Shown here: positions 28,033 to 38,163 of the stretch, piece by piece
Numbering within the stretch: position 1 is the first letter of the stretch
Layout: each line of letters opens with the position of its first letter
Assembly: GCA_903937035.1 (NCBI GenBank)
Contig: CAIZXS010000020.1
Span: 3,443-67,442 of the forward strand
Source: an uncultured bacterium
GTDB lineage: Bacteria; Patescibacteriota; Minisyncoccia; Moranbacterales; UBA2206
DNA length: 64,000 bases
Direction: 5' to 3'
Program-made: the position numbers and the translations under genes
The notes under the pieces: model-generated
Told to the model about the DNA's origin: nothing
Seen by the model: only the letters and a program-made list of their open reading frames with translations
Database searches by the model: none

Positions 28033-28559
28033 ATTTTAGAATAAAATTTATTGACAAAATAAATCGCAATTACACCATAAACGATTCCCAAGGTTGATCC
28101 CGCTAAAACATCACTTGGGTAGTGCATACCATCATGCATTCTAGCAAAAGCCATAAATAATACAAACATACCCATCACCGGCCAAAATTTTCTATAATAA
28201 TAGAAATACACCGAAAGCACAGCGAGAGTGCTCGCCATATGACTAGAGGGAAAGGATGAATCGGCATATAATTTTCCAAGCGGGAGAATGCTATGATCAA
28301 AAATATATGGCCTTATTCTAAAAAAATAGTCAGCTAGAAAATGCTTTATGAAACCTTCACTGATAGAGAAATGCAAAATCAAAGCTATCACAACTGCCAA
28401 TAGCACCTTCTTGCCACTACGCTTATCCAAAAATAAGATTGCGAGAGTAATCAATGTCCACAATACGATCAAGAAGAGTTCATTACTGACAAAAACAGTA
28501 ACGGGATTCACCCAACCAAACCACACGTGATTTAAATATTCAACGATTGATAGTTCCAT
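28020..28559 (-). CDS. PAP2-family membrane phosphatase (PgpB/undecaprenyl-diphosphatase-like)
   Basis: PAP2 motifs KxxxxxxRP (FRIRP), PSSH (SFPSSHMAS) and ARMHDGMHYPSDV; multi-TM. Confidence 0.7.
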   Translation of the reverse strand: MELSIVEYLNHVWFGWVNPVTVFVSNELFLIVLWTLITLAILFLDKRSGKKVLLAVVIALILHFSISEGFIKHFLADYFFRIRPYIFDHSILPLGKLYADSSFPSSHMASTLAVLSVYFYYYRKFWPVMGMFVLFMAFARMHDGMHYPSDVLAGSTLGIVYGVIAIYFVNKFYSKIWKL

Positions 28560-29646
28560 ATTCTTTAATTGACCTATTAATTTCAGCTAAAATTTTAGCA
28601 TTATCCTCTTTTGGATATTGTTCCAAATTTATCTGATACTCAGAAATTTTATCCAAAAAATCATTAATCACTCGCATGGTCATTTTTTCACAAAACACAC
28701 CATAACCCATCTTTTCTAAATAATAGGCATTAATAATTTGCTCAAAATGATTTTTGAGTGGAATCGCGAAATAGGGTTTTCCCAAATATAGTGCTTCGCT
28801 GATGAGACCAAAACCAGCGTTAGCGATAATTCCTCGGCACCGGCACAAATCATCCAAAAATCCTTCCTGGCTAGGCTTTTTGTAAACTATATTTTTTTCA
28901 CGTCCCACTCTTCCTAGACCATAGACAATAAATTGGCAATCAATCCCTTTTAAATATTCCACAGCGCCCTCAAAACCTGCTGTCAGATAAACTAGAATAT
29001 AATCCTCTGTAGTAGGTTTTAGTGCAAGAATTTCTTTTCGTAAAATTGGAGAAAACAGGAGGACTTTTTTATTAATTATCCGCTCTTTTACAAAAGTAAG
29101 GGCAAGATATTTCTTCGCATTAGGCACGAATAGCTGGACAAAGGCATTGGTCATCAAAGCCTCCTTTGCATATTTTTTCGGATATTCTATCGCCGTTCCC
29201 GAAATGAAATGTTGATTGTCAATTGAGATAAGCGGAATGCGATTAGTTCTCGCCGCCACCGCGCAAGTTGGCTCAAAATCAGTGATTATAATATTTGGTC
29301 TAAACTCCTTCACGAGCCTATCAACATCAACATAACTTCCCAATATTTCTTTCAGCTTTTTACCATTTTTGATAAATGTCTCAATATACTTAACCTGATT
29401 ATTCTCAAAACTAAACCCAAGTCCTTCAATTTCCATAACGTCAAACAACAGACTCAAGCTTTTATATCCCCGATCATATGACACTACCCTTACTTGGTGA
29501 CCAACTGAAAGCAAATAATTTATAATTTCTTTTGCTCGCATCGCGTGGCCAGTTCCCTCTCCCGCTACGCCATAAAGAATTTTAGCCATAAGTATTATTG
29601 CTTTAAAAGAAGATCGCTTGTAACAGCCAACTCCGTTCTCTTCCAA
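28540..29646 (-). CDS. GT28-family glycosyltransferase (MurG/MGDG-synthase-like)
   Basis: N-terminal GVAGEGTGHAMR glycine-rich motif and C-terminal GT-B nucleotide-binding region. The start may be the internal MAKILYG. Confidence 0.65.
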   Translation of the reverse strand: MEENGVGCYKRSSFKAIILMAKILYGVAGEGTGHAMRAKEIINYLLSVGHQVRVVSYDRGYKSLSLLFDVMEIEGLGFSFENNQVKYIETFIKNGKKLKEILGSYVDVDRLVKEFRPNIIITDFEPTCAVAARTNRIPLISIDNQHFISGTAIEYPKKYAKEALMTNAFVQLFVPNAKKYLALTFVKERIINKKVLLFSPILRKEILALKPTTEDYILVYLTAGFEGAVEYLKGIDCQFIVYGLGRVGREKNIVYKKPSQEGFLDDLCRCRGIIANAGFGLISEALYLGKPYFAIPLKNHFEQIINAYYLEKMGYGVFCEKMTMRVINDFLDKISEYQINLEQYPKEDNAKILAEINRSIKEYGTINR

Positions 29647-31319
29647 CTCTGGCGAAAACCTTCCAGATCACCAAAAAATGATTTTTTGGTTTTCTCATCC
29701 GCATCAATAAAATATATCAGATCAAAAAGCTTTTTCTGCTGCTCGTATTTTTCATCAAAATCCTCCGCAATATGATTGGAACTCAAGACCATCCGACCGG
29801 AGACTGTGCGCAATTGATAACCCATCATCGGATACGCCTTATAGAAAAGTTCGGAACATACGATAGAATTGTCTGTCAAAAAATCGAAGTCAAAATCATA
29901 AGGCTTTCCAAATTGTTCAAAAGCATAAATCAAAGCTTTCAATTTTTCTTCCTGAGAAATTTTTGGTCGAAGAACCACCGCATAATCTGCTGACATACTT
30001 TTCTCCAGGGTAAAAGAAACTACCCCTTCGCTTTCCGCCTCAAGTGTTCTTTTTTTATTATCCTTCAATTCTTCGTATAATTTCGGAAAATCTCTCTCGA
30101 TATATTCACTCATCGAAAGACCTTTCGTTAACTCCGACGGAGGGAAACTCAAATCCAAATCAGCCAGACTTCCTATGTAAATCACGGTGTGTTTCCAAAA
30201 TCCCGGCAGTCCCGCGTTACTCAGGTACCAATTCCTTCTTTGCAAAAAGACATCTCCGGGCAGAATATTGCTCTCGATTTGCTTGATTTTATCAGAATCG
30301 ATAAAAACAACATTGTCCAAAGGTATTCGCGTATCCCCAACTTTCTTCGCCACTTCTTTTTGAACAGGAAACCACCCTACAAACATATTCTTTTCGAAAT
30401 AATCGATTGCCCCATTGAAACCTATTTCCGGATTCTTACCAGTTCTTACTAGAATGTTCTTAAAATCCTTCTCAGCATATTGCTTAAGCCTAGCTAGGCC
30501 TCCCTGACTAATTTTTTGCCCATAAGCCTGCCCCGCAATTGTCTGAAGCATATTCTCTGATCGTAGCAAGTTTTTTTGAATCCTATAATAACTATTTTGA
30601 GGAATCTCATAGCTCGCAACTTCCTCATTTAATATTGTCTCGGTCAAAGGAATCGCTTCCACTTGCTTGACCAGATTCAATGAAGATGAGTAGTTAGCCA
30701 AAAATGTCGCATAAGCCAACATAAAACTGCGCTCATTAAGCTCCCGATCTGTCAGATAATTTATTTGATAAAAATAGCGATTCTCATTAGTAATATCCTC
30801 AAGGGCCAAGGAATAATTCAAATAATCTTGCCAAAGCTCCCTAGTCTTATTTTTATCTTCTAGGGTCAAAGCACTCAAGGAGTTGCTTTTAATTTGCCCC
30901 AGTAATAGCTTTTCTGTTTCGCGTAATTTTTGGATGTAATTTTCGGCGTACACTTGCTCTGAATTCATTTTTTCCGTCAAAGCGATTTTGTCTGCCTTAG
31001 CCATTTCAAAATTATCGACAGGGAAAAAACTCAAAATCATCCAAAGCGTCACAAATAATCCAAGCGAAATCACTAAAAACGGCAACCACCTCAAAAGAAC
31101 TTTCTTGTGTTCATTGTATTTTTTTGACAGAGCCATTATCAGCGCATAGATAAATATAGCCCAAGAAATTCCATACACAACAAAAGCCAGCGTTCGATGA
31201 TAGGGATAGAGCACCTTGAGCATTAAAATCGATAATGCGGTTATATTTACCACGTAACTCAAAACAATCAGCCAAGCGATTTTTTTGATGTTTACCTTTT
31301 TTTTGCTATTTTTTTTCAT
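29595..31319 (-). CDS. multi-TM membrane protein with C-terminal permuted papain-like (YiiX-like) putative hydrolase domain
   Basis: Four to five N-terminal TM segments. C-terminal GDVFLQRRNWYLSNAGLPGFWKHTVIYIG ... IVCSELFYKAYP has a His-then-Cys order. Start moved to MKKNSKKK at ~31319 because the longer track ORF (to 31481) overlaps the tRNA-Gln gene. Confidence 0.45.
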   Translation of the reverse strand: MKKNSKKKVNIKKIAWLIVLSYVVNITALSILMLKVLYPYHRTLAFVVYGISWAIFIYALIMALSKKYNEHKKVLLRWLPFLVISLGLFVTLWMILSFFPVDNFEMAKADKIALTEKMNSEQVYAENYIQKLRETEKLLLGQIKSNSLSALTLEDKNKTRELWQDYLNYSLALEDITNENRYFYQINYLTDRELNERSFMLAYATFLANYSSSLNLVKQVEAIPLTETILNEEVASYEIPQNSYYRIQKNLLRSENMLQTIAGQAYGQKISQGGLARLKQYAEKDFKNILVRTGKNPEIGFNGAIDYFEKNMFVGWFPVQKEVAKKVGDTRIPLDNVVFIDSDKIKQIESNILPGDVFLQRRNWYLSNAGLPGFWKHTVIYIGSLADLDLSFPPSELTKGLSMSEYIERDFPKLYEELKDNKKRTLEAESEGVVSFTLEKSMSADYAVVLRPKISQEEKLKALIYAFEQFGKPYDFDFDFLTDNSIVCSELFYKAYPMMGYQLRTVSGRMVLSSNHIAEDFDEKYEQQKKLFDLIYFIDADEKTKKSFFGDLEGFRQSWKRTELAVTSDLLLKQ

Positions 31320-31381
31320 AGTTACCACACTCAAACAAGATGCAAAAAACCACTCAGACAAGAAAGGCGCTATATTATTAG

Positions 31382-31452
31382 TTCGGAGATAGGGATTCGA
31401 ACCCCAATTAACAGAGTCAGAGTCTGTTGTCCTACCGTTAGACGATCTCCGA
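31382..31452 (-). tRNA. tRNA-Gln (anticodon CUG), no encoded CCA
   Basis: Reverse complement: acceptor TCGGAGA/TCTCCGA, D arm GTCT-AACGGTA-GGAC, anticodon stem ACAGA/TCTGT with loop CTCTGAC, T arm TGGGG-TTCGAAT-CCCTA, discriminator A. Confidence 0.8.
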
Positions 31453-31548
31453 ATATTCCATTTTATTACAACGCTATCCATATCCGGAAGTCTTATTTAC
31501 CTTACTTCGCTCCGCCGCAGTGCCGAGTACTCTCGGGACGAAGGAGAG

Positions 31549-31568
31549 CCGTTAGACGATCTCCGAAT
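31549..31568. repeat. duplicate of the 5' 19 nt of tRNA-Gln, embedded in a GC-rich palindrome
   Basis: ccgttagacgatctccgaa at 31550-31568 is identical to 31434-31452. Adjacent cttcgctccgccgcagtgccgagtactctcgggacgaag hairpin at 31485-31523. Confidence 0.55.
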
Positions 31569-31603
31569 GACTCCTAAATCATATTACAAAACAACTGCTT
31601 TGG

Positions 31604-31634
31604 CAAAAAAATTCAGGCCTGCTTGGCCTGAATC
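31604..31634 (-). terminator. intrinsic terminator downstream of ftsZ
   Basis: attcaggcc-tgctt-ggcctgaat, followed on the minus strand by ttttttt. Confidence 0.65.
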
Positions 31635-31657
31635 TTAAAAGCTAAAATAATTCCTGC

Positions 31658-32890
31658 CTATTTCCCCATTTTTCTGCGAATAAAGGCTGGGATTTCCAAC
31701 TCGTCGTCGTCATCCTCATCGGACAATTCCTTATCTTTTTGCATGAAAGCTGTTGATCTTTGAATTTTTGGTGGAACCTTTTCTTCGATAATCATTCTTG
31801 ATTCCTCTCTGACTGAAAAAGTGTTTTTCAAATCTTCCTCTGGCTCATCGCGAATAATGGAAATTTCCGGCTCAGCTGCCACTTTCACTCTTGATAATCT
31901 TTCCATCGGAGACAAGCGAGACTCACTAATCATCTCCTCATCAAATCCAGTTGCCACAACGGTAATTTGCACCTCACCTTTTTTGAGCGTTTCATCAACC
32001 ACCGCTCCAAAGATAACCTTCGCATTTGGATCGATTGCTTCCGTGATGATGTTAGCCGCTTCATTAATCTCGAGCATCGTAAGATCAGAAGATCCAGAGA
32101 CATTGAAAAGCACGCCTTTAGCACCATCAATTGAAAGCTCTAGTAGCGGACTGTTAATTGCCGCTTTCGCTGCTTCGGCTGCACGATTCTCACCAGTACC
32201 AATTCCGATTCCCATAAGCGCTGAACCACTATTACTCATAATGGCCTTCACGTCAGCAAAGTCAACATTAACGATACCTGGCTTAGTAATTAAATCAGAA
32301 ATACCTTGCACACCTTGACGGAGTACATCATCAACAATCTTAAAAGAATTAATAAGGGTGGTTTTCTTGTCAATTATTTGCAGCAACTTATCATTAGGAA
32401 TCGTAATTAGCGTGTCCACTCGTTCTCGCAAATTCTGCAGACCTTCCTCAGCAATTGCTCTTCTTTGCGCACCCTCAAAGCTAAAAGGTTTCGTAACAAC
32501 AGCCACCGTAAGAGCGCCTAGCTCCTTTGCGGCCTCTGCAACAATCGGAGCAGCTCCGGTTCCCGTTCCTCCACCGAGTCCACAAGTAATGAAAACCATA
32601 TCAGCACCTTTCAGCACATCCAAAATTTCATCACGATTTTCCTCCGCTGCTTGACGACCGATATCCGGGTTCATTCCTGCGCCAAGACCCTTGGTCAAAT
32701 TCTTTCCGATGTGCACTTTCTCAGCTGCTTTATTATGATGCAAATCTTGAGCATCCGTATTGATTGCAACAAATTCTACTCCTTTAATTTTAGTTTCGAT
32801 CATGCGACTGATTCCATGCCCTCCTGATCCGCCGACACCAACCACTTTGATGCGCGCAAAAGTTTCTACCGGTGGTTTTATTTCTGCCAT
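31658..32890 (-). CDS. ftsZ: cell division GTPase FtsZ
   Basis: Tubulin signature GGGTGTG, T7 loop, acidic C-terminal tail. Confidence 0.95.
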   Translation of the reverse strand: MAEIKPPVETFARIKVVGVGGSGGHGISRMIETKIKGVEFVAINTDAQDLHHNKAAEKVHIGKNLTKGLGAGMNPDIGRQAAEENRDEILDVLKGADMVFITCGLGGGTGTGAAPIVAEAAKELGALTVAVVTKPFSFEGAQRRAIAEEGLQNLRERVDTLITIPNDKLLQIIDKKTTLINSFKIVDDVLRQGVQGISDLITKPGIVNVDFADVKAIMSNSGSALMGIGIGTGENRAAEAAKAAINSPLLELSIDGAKGVLFNVSGSSDLTMLEINEAANIITEAIDPNAKVIFGAVVDETLKKGEVQITVVATGFDEEMISESRLSPMERLSRVKVAAEPEISIIRDEPEEDLKNTFSVREESRMIIEEKVPPKIQRSTAFMQKDKELSDEDDDDELEIPAFIRRKMGK

Positions 32891-33120
32891 ATATTTTTAT
32901 TGATGAATAGAAAATTTAAATAAACAAAAACACAGATTCTTCGAAATCTATTTTAAAAATTTTATTTTTTATTTTGGTTTTACTGACTGCCAATCGGCAT
33001 CGATTCTCAGCCCTTTTTTCGTTAATTAAATCTAGCATATTAGATTAGTAACTGTCAAACAGAGAATTAATACCACTTAACGACAACTTCAAAACCCAAA
33101 TCGCCCAATTTTAGGGCAAA

Positions 33121-34386
33121 TTAGGGTAAAAATTTTCCAAACCATTTCTTCATACCATCTACCTTTCCTCCCATATCCGAGATAACCCCTCCAACCATTT
33201 TATTTCCAAAACCACCCCCACCCTTCTTGGACCCCTGACCCTCCTCAAGTCCCCATAAAATCAGACCAACCACTGTCGCGAAAGCGGGATCATCAATTTT
33301 ATCCACCAAACCACCTAAAGGAATAGGGAAACCAGTTTGCGAAGGCAGGGCTAAAATGTTCTTTGCCAAATCAACACAACCCGGCAATTTCGCAGTACCA
33401 CCAGTAATCACCGCTCCAGCAGGAAGTAAACGTTCCTTTCCAATTAGCTTTAATTCCTTATTTACCATCGTGAAAATCTCTTCCAACCGAGCTTCAATTA
33501 TTTCTGCCACATGATGCCGAGAAACAATCCCTTCTTCACTTGAATCCATCTGAGAAAGATCGATATTTTCTTTTTTTCCAATCTCTTTTGGACTCGCGTT
33601 GCCAAATTCTAATTTAATTTTCTCCGCCACATCAATTGAGGTGCGAAGACCAATCGCGATATCATTGGTAATATGATTGCCACCAATCGGGATAACTGAA
33701 ACACGAAGTAAGTCATTTTCCTCAAAAACAGCGACCGACGTTGAGCCACCGCCAATGTCAACAAGCACCACTCCAAGTTCTTTTTGTCTTTTGGAAAGCA
33801 CTGCCTTGGCAGCAGCCAAGGGAGAGAGAACGAAACTTTCCGCAACAACGCCCGCCTCCTCAATACATTTATTCAAATTTTTAATATGCGGGGTTGATCC
33901 TTCAATGATCATGGCGTCAACTTCAAGCCTCACACCACTCATGCCAAGCGGATCGCGAATATTTTTTTGATCATCCAATGAATAGTTTTTGGGAATTATA
34001 TGGATAATTTCCTTATTTGGCGGAATCGAAATGGCTTGTGCAGCATTAATCACACGAGCGATATCATCAGATACCACTTCTCCATCAGCCCTACCAACCG
34101 CAATCACACCCTTGGAATACTGTGAAGATATGTGATTTCCTCCAATTCCCGTAATGGCATACTTGACTTCAACACCAGCAGTCCTTTCTGCAACCGCCAT
34201 AGATTCATTGATTGATTTAATAATCTCCTCAAGATCGACAATAATTCCACGCCGCACACCAAACGCAGGCGCCATTCCAACGCCAATCACTCGCAAGTTT
34301 TCTTCCGTAGGAATAATCTGAGCAATCACTGTGCGAACAAATGAAGAGCCGATATCTAGGCCCACAATAATCTCTTTTTTTGACAT
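33121..34386 (-). CDS. ftsA: cell division protein FtsA
   Basis: Actin-like ATPase fold (DIGSSFVRTVIA, VDIGGGSTSVAVF) and Gly-rich C-terminus. Confidence 0.9.
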   Translation of the reverse strand: MSKKEIIVGLDIGSSFVRTVIAQIIPTEENLRVIGVGMAPAFGVRRGIIVDLEEIIKSINESMAVAERTAGVEVKYAITGIGGNHISSQYSKGVIAVGRADGEVVSDDIARVINAAQAISIPPNKEIIHIIPKNYSLDDQKNIRDPLGMSGVRLEVDAMIIEGSTPHIKNLNKCIEEAGVVAESFVLSPLAAAKAVLSKRQKELGVVLVDIGGGSTSVAVFEENDLLRVSVIPIGGNHITNDIAIGLRTSIDVAEKIKLEFGNASPKEIGKKENIDLSQMDSSEEGIVSRHHVAEIIEARLEEIFTMVNKELKLIGKERLLPAGAVITGGTAKLPGCVDLAKNILALPSQTGFPIPLGGLVDKIDDPAFATVVGLILWGLEEGQGSKKGGGGFGNKMVGGVISDMGGKVDGMKKWFGKFLP

Positions 34387-34463
34387 GCCTTATTTTTATT
34401 TCTTAACTCGCATTATAAATTATATTACATTTAACCATAATCAACAACACCCAGAAACGTAGA

Positions 34464-34844
34464 CTAAAAGCGCCAAAGAGCAAAAATGTACGGTAAAAAA
34501 ATAATAAAACCAATAATCACTGCAAAAATCGCCGATATAAGGACAATTGCCGCCATCAAATCTTTGATCAGTCGCGCATAAGGATGTATCCTTGGCTTCA
34601 AGATATCCACCACTCTTTCTACTACGGTGTTTAAAAGCTCCAAGATCAAAACGCCAGCAATCACCAAAACCAGAGCGACTGTTTCTGTGCGCGTTACATT
34701 AAAATAAATCATGGCCAAGATAACCACGAAAGATATCACTAATTCATTTTGAAAATTCTTCTCATTCTTGATAACATGCACCAGTCCGCGCAGCGCACAA
34801 GAGAGGCTTTTGACAAATTGATCAATTCGGTTTATTCCAGTCAT
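34464..34844 (-). CDS. dgkA: diacylglycerol kinase (prokaryotic DgkA family)
   Basis: Three-TM small protein with the ELLNTVVERVVD motif. Confidence 0.8.
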   Translation of the reverse strand: MTGINRIDQFVKSLSCALRGLVHVIKNEKNFQNELVISFVVILAMIYFNVTRTETVALVLVIAGVLILELLNTVVERVVDILKPRIHPYARLIKDLMAAIVLISAIFAVIIGFIIFLPYIFALWRF

Positions 34845-34891
34845 TATATAAATAAATTACCAGTTAATAAGATCTACTCTAAAACTCTTCT

Positions 34892-35356
34892 TCACACTGT
34901 AGTTTCAGCGAAGGAGGATGCCACGGCATCCTGAAGAGCGAACATCTTCTTGCCATGCAAAAATCCAAGCAAATGCAAAACACCATGAGCAATAATTCTT
35001 GCCAGTTCTTTTTGCAAATCATTTTCTGAGGAACACTGGGTGGCAGATTCTTTAATATAATTATAACACAAAATAAGCTCTCCGAGAAATAGTTCCGATT
35101 CAAGATTTTTTCGCAGCTGACTTGTGTCGTCATATTCACAAAAAGACAAAACGTCTGTGGCTTTGTTTTTCTTGCGATAAAGCTTATTAATCTCTCGCAT
35201 CTCACTTTCCGAAACCCAGGCCATGCTCAAATTAAGACTCTTATCAGCCAATTCAAAATAGCCACTCTTCTCCAGCGTTCTTGAGACTACTTTTTTGATA
35301 AAAGCTTTTCTGACTGGACTCTTATCGGTATTATTAATTTCTAGGATTAGTTTCAT
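34892..35356 (-). CDS. ybeY: rRNA maturation RNase YbeY
   Basis: HGVLHLLGFLH zinc-binding motif. Confidence 0.9.
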   Translation of the reverse strand: MKLILEINNTDKSPVRKAFIKKVVSRTLEKSGYFELADKSLNLSMAWVSESEMREINKLYRKKNKATDVLSFCEYDDTSQLRKNLESELFLGELILCYNYIKESATQCSSENDLQKELARIIAHGVLHLLGFLHGKKMFALQDAVASSFAETTV

Positions 35357-35359
35357 AGT

Positions 35360-36070
35360 CTATTTTTTCCTTGCAATTAAAATAATATTTTTTCCACTGG
35401 CCAAAAAACATTTTTCAATTTCAAATCCCGCTGATTGAAAAATATTTGAGAGGCTTTTTGTGGTATACATGCGATGATAACGATTGAACACCTCGCCTTG
35501 ATTTATTTGAAATGGAATGAAAATATCACCAAGCCCAAAACCACGATATTTTCCTGATTGAAAAATTTTTCCAAAAAAAGCCGGAAAATTGAAGATATCT
35601 TTGCGTCTTTTCTTTTGCCAAAGATTCCAGGCTGTAATCACAACCGTTCCACCAGGCTTCGTAATGCGAAAGAGTTCTTTTGTTATATCGCCGGCATGTT
35701 CCTTTGGAAAGTGATGAAAAACTGCCACGGAAACAATTCTATTGAAAAAATCCGCCGGAAATGCTAGACTAGCTTGACTGGTGATCTTAGAAATAGACGC
35801 CACATGTTCAGGATACTTTACCTTTGCCAAGTCAATCAGTTTTTGCGAAACATCCACTCCGACATATTCGATTTTTTTGTCTTTCAAAATTTCCAAAAGT
35901 CGACCATTGCCACAGCCATAATCAAGAATCTTGTCCCCATCATGGATATAATCGGCAATAAAAGCTAAATCGCCCCAAAAGTTTTTTCGAGTATGCGAAA
36001 ACTTATCAGCTACCAAATCATAGCCACTCTCCGTTTCCTTGAGAATATTTAATATTATCTCTTGTTTCAT
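35360..36070 (-). CDS. class I SAM-dependent methyltransferase
   Basis: ILDYGCGNGRL motif I. ATG at 36070 (MKQEIILN) preferred over the TTG-initiated track start at 36109. Confidence 0.7.
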   Translation of the reverse strand: MKQEIILNILKETESGYDLVADKFSHTRKNFWGDLAFIADYIHDGDKILDYGCGNGRLLEILKDKKIEYVGVDVSQKLIDLAKVKYPEHVASISKITSQASLAFPADFFNRIVSVAVFHHFPKEHAGDITKELFRITKPGGTVVITAWNLWQKKRRKDIFNFPAFFGKIFQSGKYRGFGLGDIFIPFQINQGEVFNRYHRMYTTKSLSNIFQSAGFEIEKCFLASGKNIILIARKK

Positions 36071-36072
36071 AT

Positions 36073-37701
36073 ATGCTTCAATCCTACGACGAATTTGTAA
36101 AATGTGCAATGAAAGAGCTTATATCCACCTCTGGTGAGTTTTTGCGTATCAAAAAAAATGTCTCTAAACTCTTACAAATTCCCGTCCCAACCAACGCTGA
36201 CCTACGCGAAGCTTATGAAAAATTAATCCTAGTAAAAAAAATTAAAAGAAATCTGGCTTTTGAAAACGTCCTTATTAGCAAAAAAATTCGCACACGCTCT
36301 GGTGTTGCTGTTATCGCAGTTCTCACTAAGCCTTATCCTTGCCCAGGAAAATGCCTCTATTGCCCCAGTGAATCCAAGATGCCCAAGAGTTACCTTAAAA
36401 ATGAGCCAGCTGTTATGCGAGCCATCTCCGTCAAATTCAATCCCTACGCCCAAGTGCAAAAACGCTTGCACGCGTTGGAATTAAATGGACACAAAACGGA
36501 CAAAATTGAACTGATCGTGATGGGTGGAACCTTTTCCTATTTTCCCAAAAAATATCAAAGTTGGTTTATTCTGGAATGTTTTCGGGCAGCGAATGATTAT
36601 GGTCATAAAACATATAACATAAAACATAAAACAATAGATGCAAAGACGCCCCAGCGTGGCGTCTCTACCACATTAGGCCGCGAACAAAAGAAAAATGAAA
36701 CCGCCAAACGCCGAATTATTGGGCTAACATTAGAAACTCGACCAGATTATATCGATGAAAAAGAAATTCTCAATTTTCGTGCCCTTGGTTGCACAAGAGT
36801 AGAACTGGGCGTGCAAAGTATTTTTGATGACGTGCTCGAAAAGAATAACCGCGGGCATGATGTGTCCGAAACAATCCGCGCCACAAAGTTTCTCAAAAAC
36901 GCCGGCTTCAAAATCAACTATCACATGATGCCGGGACTTTATGGGTCGGACGCCAAAAAAGATTATCAAATGTTCGAAAAATTGTTCTCCTCGCCAGATT
37001 TCCAACCTGATATGCTTAAAATCTATCCAACGGTTGTTCTACGCGATAGCGCGCTCTATGCTGTTTGGAAAAAAGGAAAATATAAAGCGCTAAGCGACAA
37101 ACAATTTGAAGAATTCATTCTTCGCGTAAAAAATAATCTCATCCCCCCTTACGTCCGAATTGCTCGCCTTGTGCGCGACGTCCCAGCTGAATCAATCATT
37201 GCTGGACCGATTGTTTCTAATTTACGGCAATTGATTGCCGAAAAATCCCAGTGTCAATGCATTCGTTGCCGAGAGGTTGGTGGAAATTTCAAGCCCAAGG
37301 AAAGTATAATTCTCAACCGCATCGATTATGATGCATCAAATGGGAAGGAAATATTTTTGGAATACGTAACGAAAGACACAAAAAAACTTTTTGCTCTTCT
37401 ACGCTTGCGCATAAATCCACTTGAGACGAGAAATCAAAAAACTGGCGTTCCCGCTCTCAAAAATTCCGCCATCATCCGCGAAGTACATACTTATGGAAAA
37501 ATGACACAGCTTAATAAAAAAGATCTAAAATCACCTCAACATATTGGCCTTGGAAAAAAACTCATTGCCGAAGCCCAAAAAATTGCCAAGGATGAATTTG
37601 GCCTCAAAAAAATTGCTGTTATTTCCGGCATCGGCGCGAGAGAATATTATAGAAAGCTGGGATATAAACTAAAAGATAGTTATATGCTAAAATATCTTTA
37701 A
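36073..37701 (+). CDS. elp3: Elp3-family radical SAM / GNAT tRNA modification enzyme
   Basis: KPYPCPGKCLYCP radical-SAM cluster motif and C-terminal GNAT fold (GLGKKLIAEAQKIA). The start may be the internal MKELIS at 36109. Confidence 0.8.
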   Translation: MLQSYDEFVKCAMKELISTSGEFLRIKKNVSKLLQIPVPTNADLREAYEKLILVKKIKRNLAFENVLISKKIRTRSGVAVIAVLTKPYPCPGKCLYCPSESKMPKSYLKNEPAVMRAISVKFNPYAQVQKRLHALELNGHKTDKIELIVMGGTFSYFPKKYQSWFILECFRAANDYGHKTYNIKHKTIDAKTPQRGVSTTLGREQKKNETAKRRIIGLTLETRPDYIDEKEILNFRALGCTRVELGVQSIFDDVLEKNNRGHDVSETIRATKFLKNAGFKINYHMMPGLYGSDAKKDYQMFEKLFSSPDFQPDMLKIYPTVVLRDSALYAVWKKGKYKALSDKQFEEFILRVKNNLIPPYVRIARLVRDVPAESIIAGPIVSNLRQLIAEKSQCQCIRCREVGGNFKPKESIILNRIDYDASNGKEIFLEYVTKDTKKLFALLRLRINPLETRNQKTGVPALKNSAIIREVHTYGKMTQLNKKDLKSPQHIGLGKKLIAEAQKIAKDEFGLKKIAVISGIGAREYYRKLGYKLKDSYMLKYL

Positions 37702-37722
37702 CCTAATTTTTAATAAAAAACT

Positions 37723-38121
37723 ATGAACCCAAAAATCATCATCGCATCTGGTCCAGTCATTGTAGAGGACAATAAAGTTCTCCTTGCTGTTCAAGGAGAA
37801 GATAATTTCTGGAAGTTTTGCGGAGGAAGAGTGAAGGAAGGCGAGACGCTTGAAGAAACTACCAAGAGAAGAGCAAAAGAAGAATTAGGAATTGAAATTG
37901 AAATCACGGACGAAAAACCACAACTCTTTCACACCACAAAAGAATCCGCAGATGGACCAATTGATGTTATCCTTGTACACTACGCCGCAAAACGGATCGG
38001 GGAGATACGGCCAGGATCAGACATTCGCGAATGGAAATGGATTGTAATCGAAGAATTGGAATCAGAAAATCTAGCACCAAATATTCTTCCAACACTCATG
38101 AATTTTGGACTTTTCGCATAA
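37723..38121 (+). CDS. NUDIX hydrolase
   Basis: Nudix box GGRVKEGETLEETTKRRAKEELGIE. Confidence 0.8.
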   Translation: MNPKIIIASGPVIVEDNKVLLAVQGEDNFWKFCGGRVKEGETLEETTKRRAKEELGIEIEITDEKPQLFHTTKESADGPIDVILVHYAAKRIGEIRPGSDIREWKWIVIEELESENLAPNILPTLMNFGLFA

Positions 38122-38163
38122 AACGCGACCCTTAAACCACAAATCGCATTAGAAAAACCATCA

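Noticed and set aside
29595-31481. N-terminal 54 aa of the 628-aa track ORF
   Set aside because: The extension overlaps the tRNA-Gln gene at 31382-31452; the start was moved to MKKNSKKK (~31319).
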